Virus record (IMG/VR): IMGVR_UViG_3300016654_000161
Location: 1-38,006 of that record
Length of the DNA: 38,006 nucleotides
Strand: one strand, 5' to 3'
Source of the DNA: a virus
Lineage: Duplodnaviria; Caudoviricetes
Below the pieces are notes generated by a model, which had not been told where the DNA came from, did no database searches, and saw nothing but the letters and a program-made list of their open reading frames with translations. A program made the position numbers and the translations under genes. This document shows positions 32,079-38,006 of this stretch, one piece after another (positions within the stretch are counted from its first letter, which is position 1; the number at the start of each line of letters is the position of its first letter).

Positions 32079-35000
32079 ATGACCGACGTAAACCACCAGA
32101 ACGCGCTAATCGCGTTCTACCAAGAACGATTCCACTCCCGAGCGGAAAGCCTGCTCGACTACTGCCATACCGAAGTCGCCGCCGTTGCGGCCGACGTGGG
32201 CATCGATTGGGATTCAATCTCTAGTGCCGTGAGGCTCACGGCAGGCGATGGTGCGAAGGTAACCGGCAAGATCGGCGTTACCGACAAAAAGCACCGCAAC
32301 AAGGTCATGGCCTGGGGCGCTCTGCGCAAGGTCACCCTCGGCACCGAGACCATCGAGCTGCCGTTCCTCACCTTCAACAACAACAGCGCATCCATCGGCT
32401 CGAGCACTTGGAGCGGCTGGGAAGCGCTGACCAACCTATTCCGCCTGCAGGGCGGCAAGGTGCCAACGGTCGACCAAACCAAATGGCGCCAGGCGCAGGA
32501 AACCAAGGCGGCCGAGCGGGCACGACGCCAAGAGGAGTCGGAACAGCGTGAGCGTGAGGATCACGCCCGCAAGATTGCCGAACGCGACGCTTACGAAATG
32601 GCGTGGTTCAAGGGCGGCAAGCACGCATTCCAAATCCTTCGGGGCGACAAGCCGGCCACCGATACCGTCGAGGTCCTGGGCGACGAGGACGGCTCGGCAC
32701 CGTACCTGCAGGCCAAACAGATCGGTCTAATCGCCAGCGCCCTGCGTATGCAGCGCATGCGGGACCGCTCCGGCGAATTCACCGCCGTTCCCCTGTACGA
32801 CATTCATGGTAATTTCGGCGGCCTGCAGCGCCTGTACGCCGACAAGAAGCTCCAGGGCACCGGCGTCCAAATGGACGGCCTGCACGTCGTTATCGGCGAC
32901 CTCGAGAACGCTGATCGCATCTACGCGGCCGAGGGTTTCGCTACCGGCGCCAGCATCTACCTGGCCGAGCTGGCCACAGAAAAACACGCTGCCGTGATTA
33001 TCACGCTCAGCGTGGGCAACCTCGTCAAGGTGCTGGCGCAGTACAAGCGCCACCAGCCTAACCTGCGCATCATCAACGCGGCCGACGAGGACCAATGGAA
33101 AATCGCCGGCAACGCCGGCCGCCTGGCTGCCCTCGAGATCCATCGCGATCTTGAATACCTCGCCGTTCTCCCTGAATTCGCCGACATGACGGCCGAGCAG
33201 AAGGCCGAAGCCCGCCGCACCGGCAAAGGCCCTACCGACTGGAACGACTTCCATTGCCGCTACGGCCTGAAAGCCACGGCGAAAGCGCTCCGGTCCCGCG
33301 ACAAGCTCAAGGCCGAGAAAGACTATTTCCTGTATTGCCTGCAGCGCGTCAGCGCCAGCAGCTCGAAAGACGAGGCCGCCGCCATGGCGGCCTGCAACGC
33401 CGGCATGATGCAAGCGCCGATCAAATACGGCACCGAGCAGGTGATCAATCTCGTCATGGGCGCGCTGCCGCCAGGCTTTTCCGGCAACGCCTTCAAGATC
33501 AAGCGCCGCGCCTTGTGGCTGGCAAAAATCAAGATCGCCGAGGCGAAGCAACTGCGCGGCTTTTCACCGTCCGCGCTGGCGCGGCCTGGCATCCGTCATA
33601 TCAAGATTGAGGGCGTCCGCGCCAGCCACGGCGGCACGCTGATCCCTGGCCACGTCGCCGACCTTGTTGAATCGCTCGACGGCTGCATCATCGTTCGCTC
33701 GCCCATGGGCAGCGGCAAAACCGACAACCTGATCGGCCCGGTGATGCGCAACTCGGCCCGGGCCGGCTACCTGGCCCACCGCATCACCCTGATGGACGAT
33801 GCCGCCAACCGCCTGAAGATCCGCCACTATCAGGACGTGATGGCCGTAGAGATGCGCGACATCAGCCACATGGCCTGCTGCGTCAACTCCATCACCAACA
33901 GCAAGTTTTACAGCACCGCGACCGACCGCAACTGGTTCACCACCCTTGAGACGCTTTGCATCGACGAGGCGAGCCAGGTGATCCGCCACGTCACCAGCGG
34001 CCCGGTAGATTCGCCGGTGCGCGTGATGGACACCATGCTCGAGGCGATGTCGAAGGCCAAGCGCGTTCTACTGTGCGACGCCGACGCGAACGACTCGGTT
34101 ATCAGCCTGTGCGAGGAAGCCTGCCCAGGTAGCCCGATCACCATTATCGAGATTGAAGGCTGCATGGACCACGTAACGGTGCGCTTCGGCGATGCCGACG
34201 AGGTTTGGCAGAAGGCGCTCGAGCTGATCAACGCCGGCAATCGTGTCCTTGTGGCCAGCGACTCGGCAGAGAGCGCCAAAAAGCTCGCCGTCTTGGCCTT
34301 GGAGAAAAACCCCGAGCTGCGCCTGCTGCTGATTCACCGCGATTCCAAGGCCGACCCGGCCGTCGAGACGTTCCTCGCCAACCCGAGCGAGGATGCCGTC
34401 AACTATGACGTGCTGATCTACTCGCCCGCGATCAGCTCGGGCGTGTCCATGACCATCGAGCACTTCCAGCATCATATTGGCTTGTTCAGCGGAAACACCG
34501 TGGGGCCGAGCGACGCCGTGCAGATGCTGCGCCGTGACCGCACCGCCCGTAAGTACCTGATCGGCATCGGCCACAGCAACGTGCAGCGCGAGACCGACCG
34601 CGAAGCGATTTACCGCGGACTCGTCGCGGCTGATGAAATCTCGTGCGCCTTCGAGGAAACGTCCGACGAGATCCTGCTGCGCCGGCAGAAAACCTCTTTC
34701 GACGAGCTCTACCTGTCCTGCACCACCAACGAGAACCGGGCCAAGAACAATTTCGCCAACAACCTGCTGCTGATGCTCTACGCCGACAAATACCGCGTCG
34801 AGCGCATGGCCGGCGACGCGCTGATCGCGAAGCTGTCACGCGCCAACCGCAAGCGCGCCGGGCGCCTGGTCTTTGACCAACGCCTCACCCTGATCGACAG
34901 CGTCACCACGCCGACCGAGGAGGAGTATGCGCGGCTGCACCGCATGGAGATCCGCAGCGAGGCGGAATCGGCCCGCGTGGACCGCTACCAGATCGAGCAC

Positions 35001-35849
35001 CAGCTCGGCGTTGAGGTCATCCGGGCGGATGATGTCGATTTCTACGACAACGGCGGTATCTCGAAGGTAGTCGCCTTGGAGCTGCTCCAGGCGCCTGAGG
35101 CGCAGGCCCTGGCCTTCGACAAGGCTCAGCGCAAGTCCAAGGTAACCCTAACCAAAACGCGCTTTAAAACGCCTGCCAGGGCCTTCCTGCTCGATACCTT
35201 CTCGACCCTGGGCGTTAACCCCATGACTGGCGAGGGCGAATTCTCCTCGGCGGCGTGCCGCCAGGTGCTCGCCAAGATCCTCGAGACCCAAGCCGCGACG
35301 GAGATGTACAACTCTTTGCGCCTGGGCACGCTGATCCGCAAGGGCGCCAAACGCTGCTGCGCGACGACGGTTGTTAAATCGATCCTGGCTCGCCTGGGGC
35401 TTGAGGTGAAAAAGCGCAAGTCTCGCGGCCAGCACCTGTACAGCATCAACCCCGAGCACTGGGCGTTCATTTCCGGCTATGTGGCCAACCGCGCCGCCAA
35501 AGGCGTGCACTCCCTGGCCACCCACGAGCACCCATGCCCACACGAGCCGCGCCTCGCAGTGGAGAACGCCGCCTCGGCCGTTATCATCGACTCGAGGGAT
35601 ACTTTGCAGAGTGGTGATATAGCACTAGATGAAAAGTATCCCTCGCTGCAGATCCGTGAACGCATCTACGCCGCAGCCCGCTCTGCCTTCGATCCCCTCG
35701 GTAATTCGCTGTCGAGGCTGGTCGAGCTGCTGACGCCGGAGGTGGCCCGTAGTTTCGCGAGCGAGCGCCCGGATAGCTTCATGATTCGGTATGTGCTGCA
35801 GCACGCGGACAAAGCGCTCGCGGCCGGTGGCCTGGACGCGACGGCATGA
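32079..35849 (+). CDS. repA: N15-type RepA: Toprim primase plus helicase/origin-binding replicase
   Basis: AEGFATG and AADED Toprim motifs, TDWND, SPMGSGKT Walker A, CIDEASQ Walker B, YSPAISSGVS; 1256 aa. Confidence 0.92.
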   Translation: MTDVNHQNALIAFYQERFHSRAESLLDYCHTEVAAVAADVGIDWDSISSAVRLTAGDGAKVTGKIGVTDKKHRNKVMAWGALRKVTLGTETIELPFLTFNNNSASIGSSTWSGWEALTNLFRLQGGKVPTVDQTKWRQAQETKAAERARRQEESEQREREDHARKIAERDAYEMAWFKGGKHAFQILRGDKPATDTVEVLGDEDGSAPYLQAKQIGLIASALRMQRMRDRSGEFTAVPLYDIHGNFGGLQRLYADKKLQGTGVQMDGLHVVIGDLENADRIYAAEGFATGASIYLAELATEKHAAVIITLSVGNLVKVLAQYKRHQPNLRIINAADEDQWKIAGNAGRLAALEIHRDLEYLAVLPEFADMTAEQKAEARRTGKGPTDWNDFHCRYGLKATAKALRSRDKLKAEKDYFLYCLQRVSASSSKDEAAAMAACNAGMMQAPIKYGTEQVINLVMGALPPGFSGNAFKIKRRALWLAKIKIAEAKQLRGFSPSALARPGIRHIKIEGVRASHGGTLIPGHVADLVESLDGCIIVRSPMGSGKTDNLIGPVMRNSARAGYLAHRITLMDDAANRLKIRHYQDVMAVEMRDISHMACCVNSITNSKFYSTATDRNWFTTLETLCIDEASQVIRHVTSGPVDSPVRVMDTMLEAMSKAKRVLLCDADANDSVISLCEEACPGSPITIIEIEGCMDHVTVRFGDADEVWQKALELINAGNRVLVASDSAESAKKLAVLALEKNPELRLLLIHRDSKADPAVETFLANPSEDAVNYDVLIYSPAISSGVSMTIEHFQHHIGLFSGNTVGPSDAVQMLRRDRTARKYLIGIGHSNVQRETDREAIYRGLVAADEISCAFEETSDEILLRRQKTSFDELYLSCTTNENRAKNNFANNLLLMLYADKYRVERMAGDALIAKLSRANRKRAGRLVFDQRLTLIDSVTTPTEEEYARLHRMEIRSEAESARVDRYQIEHQLGVEVIRADDVDFYDNGGISKVVALELLQAPEAQALAFDKAQRKSKVTLTKTRFKTPARAFLLDTFSTLGVNPMTGEGEFSSAACRQVLAKILETQAATEMYNSLRLGTLIRKGAKRCCATTVVKSILARLGLEVKKRKSRGQHLYSINPEHWAFISGYVANRAAKGVHSLATHEHPCPHEPRLAVENAASAVIIDSRDTLQSGDIALDEKYPSLQIRERIYAAARSAFDPLGNSLSRLVELLTPEVARSFASERPDSFMIRYVLQHADKALAAGGLDATA

Positions 35850-35950
35850 CCGCTCGTCGGAAATAGAAACGCTGCAGGCCCCGTCGCAATTGAACAATCT
35901 GTATCGGTTGCGGCGGGGTAACTACCTGAAAACGTTACAAGCAGATTACA

Positions 35951-35966
35951 CTGTACACGCATACAG
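35951..35966. promoter_or_regulatory. LexA (SOS) box
   Basis: CTGT-acacgcat-ACAG matches gammaproteobacterial CTGT-N8-ACAG; overlaps TACACT -10-like hexamer. Confidence 0.8.
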
Positions 35967-36004
35967 GCATCAGAACGCCACTAGTCACAGGAGGGACTAC
36001 ACGA

Positions 36005-36298
36005 ATGCACAAGCTGGCAAAAATCGAAGGGGCCGCGACGGTCCTTCGCAGAGTTGACGCGGTACTCGCCATGATGCTGCAGCTCGGCCCAGATGCCGAC
36101 CTGTTTACGGTCATGGAGGCGAACGGTTTGGTTCGAGATGAGGTGGGTCGGGCGCTTTCTATCCTCGAGGACGAGGATCATGCAGAAAGCGCTCAATCAG
36201 AGGGAGAGATAGGCGAGCCGCAGGCAGGCTCACCTAGCGCAGCGCCAGCCCATGGAGGGGCAGCGGTAGTAAGTATTAGGCCTGCTCAGCGAGGGTAA
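36005..36298 (+). CDS. SOS-regulated small protein, candidate antirepressor
   Basis: GAGGGA RBS; LexA box 38 bp upstream; lies between repA and telN. Confidence 0.65.
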   Translation: MHKLAKIEGAATVLRRVDAVLAMMLQLGPDADLFTVMEANGLVRDEVGRALSILEDEDHAESAQSEGEIGEPQAGSPSAAPAHGGAAVVSIRPAQRG

Positions 36299-37892
36299 AG
36301 GCCTCACGTAATGCCGTCATTCGATCAGCGTGCGTCACGCTCGCTATCACCACTCCGTTAACGCTGGCCACTGCAAGCCACTTACCATCGGCCGTATGGG
36401 TCGCTGCCATATGTGGTTTAGCCTTGGCCACCACGGCGGGGACCTCCGCAACAACCTTCGGCGCTGCTGCCGCCAAAGCTGGAACCCCCAGCGCCTCTGC
36501 TGCGATCTCGAGATACTCTTTGATATTGGGCCTGTAGCTGCCCACATGCAGGGAAATCGCACGCTGGTTGATCTTGGCGAGCGGGTCCGCCTCGACGGCA
36601 GATTTCACCCAGGCGTGGATTCTCTCGAGCCCTGCGCGGCCATGAATTTTCGGGTGGCCATCAAGCGATTTGAGGCCCTCGAGGCGGTTGGCAAAGCGGG
36701 CCACCGGAGTCGCTGACTCCTCGTTTTCATAGTGGATCTTGAATTGCTTATAGCTCTCTTGGGTCTCGAGATCTTCATGCCCGAGCATCTCGCGCCAGAA
36801 GACCTCGGCGCTCTTTTTCGCCCAGCGCGGGTCGCGCTGGAAATGGGTCTCGAACATGATCCGCGCCCAAATGGCGCGGGAGTCCTTGAAGACCCGATCC
36901 TGATCGTTGAAAACGCGTTTCGCCAGGGTGTTTAGCGTTTTTGCCGTGCGGCGGTTCACCTCGGTGGCGTCCATCTCTTGGAGCTGGGCGCAGCCAGGCA
37001 GGCCCCGCATGCGCTCCAGTGCGGCGAGCACCACATCGGCCGCAACAAGGGTGTAAATGCGATAGCTCGAGCCGTAGTCGACGCCCAGGCGCTGCTTGGC
37101 CTGGCCACTGAACTCGAGCTCGAACTCGCCGACCTTCTTGAACCGGCCTTGCGACAGCACCTCAAACGCTCGCCGCCCGGTGGCCATAGCGATCCCCAGG
37201 GCAAGATTGGAGTACGTATGGGAGGCCAGCAGCTCGGTAGCGGTCTGCACGTACCACTGATAGTTGATGTCGATCGTATTGACGGACTTGTGCTCGAGCA
37301 CCTGGGCGGCGTGCTCGGCCATCTGGTCACGGGTGACCGCCGGCAGGTTTAGGTGGCGCATGATCTCGTGGTCGATCCGCATGGCCTTGGCTTCGACATA
37401 GGCCGCATTGTTGCCGTCGCGCTTGATGCGGTTCTTGAGGTCGCGAAAGGCCAGGCGCAGCGGCACGATGTCCTGAATCTGGCCCATCGCGAGCGCCTCC
37501 TCGGCGTACTCGGGGTGATGCTTGGCGAAGCGGCGGCAGGTCTCCTCGATCAGGTGATGCCGCCAGTTCTGCGCCTGCACGGTGTTGCGCAGCTTGGTCA
37601 GGTAACGGCGATAGCTCGAGGCTTTGAGCTTGTCCTCGGGCGCCCGCCGGCGGTCCTCGTAGAGTTTGGTTTTGATGCGCCCAGCCAGGCGAGCGATGCG
37701 CTTGGTCTTTTCGGCGCGGGCCAGGCCCTCATCACCATCGATCTTCTGCACCTCCTCGATCATGTATTTGATGATGTCGCCCAGGACAACCTTTTGGCGG
37801 GTCTGCCCCCCGTAATTGCCGTAACCCGCATCTGGATACTCAAGGGGCGTTTTTGCCGCCTCGACGCTCTTAGCCGGACCTGATTTAGCCAT
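36276..37892 (-). CDS. telN: Protelomerase (telomere resolvase)
   Basis: ATGRR, FSGQAK, FKDSRAIW, MLGHEDLETQESY (catalytic R-K-R-H-Y set); start MAKSG after GGAGG. Confidence 0.95.
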   Translation of the reverse strand: MAKSGPAKSVEAAKTPLEYPDAGYGNYGGQTRQKVVLGDIIKYMIEEVQKIDGDEGLARAEKTKRIARLAGRIKTKLYEDRRRAPEDKLKASSYRRYLTKLRNTVQAQNWRHHLIEETCRRFAKHHPEYAEEALAMGQIQDIVPLRLAFRDLKNRIKRDGNNAAYVEAKAMRIDHEIMRHLNLPAVTRDQMAEHAAQVLEHKSVNTIDINYQWYVQTATELLASHTYSNLALGIAMATGRRAFEVLSQGRFKKVGEFELEFSGQAKQRLGVDYGSSYRIYTLVAADVVLAALERMRGLPGCAQLQEMDATEVNRRTAKTLNTLAKRVFNDQDRVFKDSRAIWARIMFETHFQRDPRWAKKSAEVFWREMLGHEDLETQESYKQFKIHYENEESATPVARFANRLEGLKSLDGHPKIHGRAGLERIHAWVKSAVEADPLAKINQRAISLHVGSYRPNIKEYLEIAAEALGVPALAAAAPKVVAEVPAVVAKAKPHMAATHTADGKWLAVASVNGVVIASVTHADRMTALREAFTLAEQA

Positions 37893-38006
37893 GTGGATTC
37901 CCTCCGAGTGCATACACAAATAACCCTAGCACCAATTATACACATGTCAACACATACACACAATACCCTCTCTCATTATTCATACATATTTAGCCCTCTC
38001 CCCATG

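Larger units (their letters stand above)
1..38006. mobile_element. Linear-plasmid (telomere) prophage with N15-type replicon and VP882/phiHAP-1-like contractile-tailed virion
   Basis: Protelomerase, primase-helicase RepA, ParA, cI, Q-like gene, complete head/tail/lysis set, no integrase; parA and telN point inward from opposite ends. Confidence 0.93.

Noticed and set aside
35850-36276. Quorum-sensing receptor/TF module as in VP882
   Set aside because: No room and no LuxR/PAS/HTH ORF; only the LexA-box small ORF is present
2109-37620. Apparent abundance of CTCGAG sites
   Set aside because: Explicable by Leu-Glu codon pairs in GC-rich genes; needs a Markov-model count before claiming enrichment
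1-38006. Complete telRL palindrome or terminal inverted repeats
   Set aside because: The left end is not the reverse complement of the right end, so the tips seem missing from the window

Overview
The window looks like a nearly complete ~38 kb GC-rich temperate 'telomere phage': an N15-type linear-plasmid prophage with VP882/phiHAP-1-like gene order. A Pseudomonas-like gammaproteobacterial host is inferred. parA starts near the left end and protelomerase near the right end, both reading inward, as expected for the linear prophage; the hairpin tips are not visible and there is no integrase. Left to right: parA + ribbon-helix-helix partner + small ORFs; a minus-strand late operon (holin, endolysin, nested spanins, lambda-like cos/terminase/portal, protease-capsid fusion, P2-like contractile tail); an accessory block (Lar-like, hicAB, FtsK-gamma/LysM fusion); Q-like antiterminator, TraR/DksA and an early regulator; cI; primase-helicase repA; a LexA-box small ORF; protelomerase. 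Most notable: (1) a CI lacking the Ala-Gly cleavage site paired with a LexA-box orphan ORF (candidate antirepressor); (2) six dispersed 8-bp-periodic arrays, several at key promoters (candidate distributed centromere); (3) a GGA-rich CsrB/RsmY-like sRNA candidate at the left end; (4) an antisense RNA in the repA leader; (5) a candidate two-domain nucleotide-signal sponge; (6) an FtsK-gamma-LysM fusion. All family calls come from motif recognition by eye, with no database searches.
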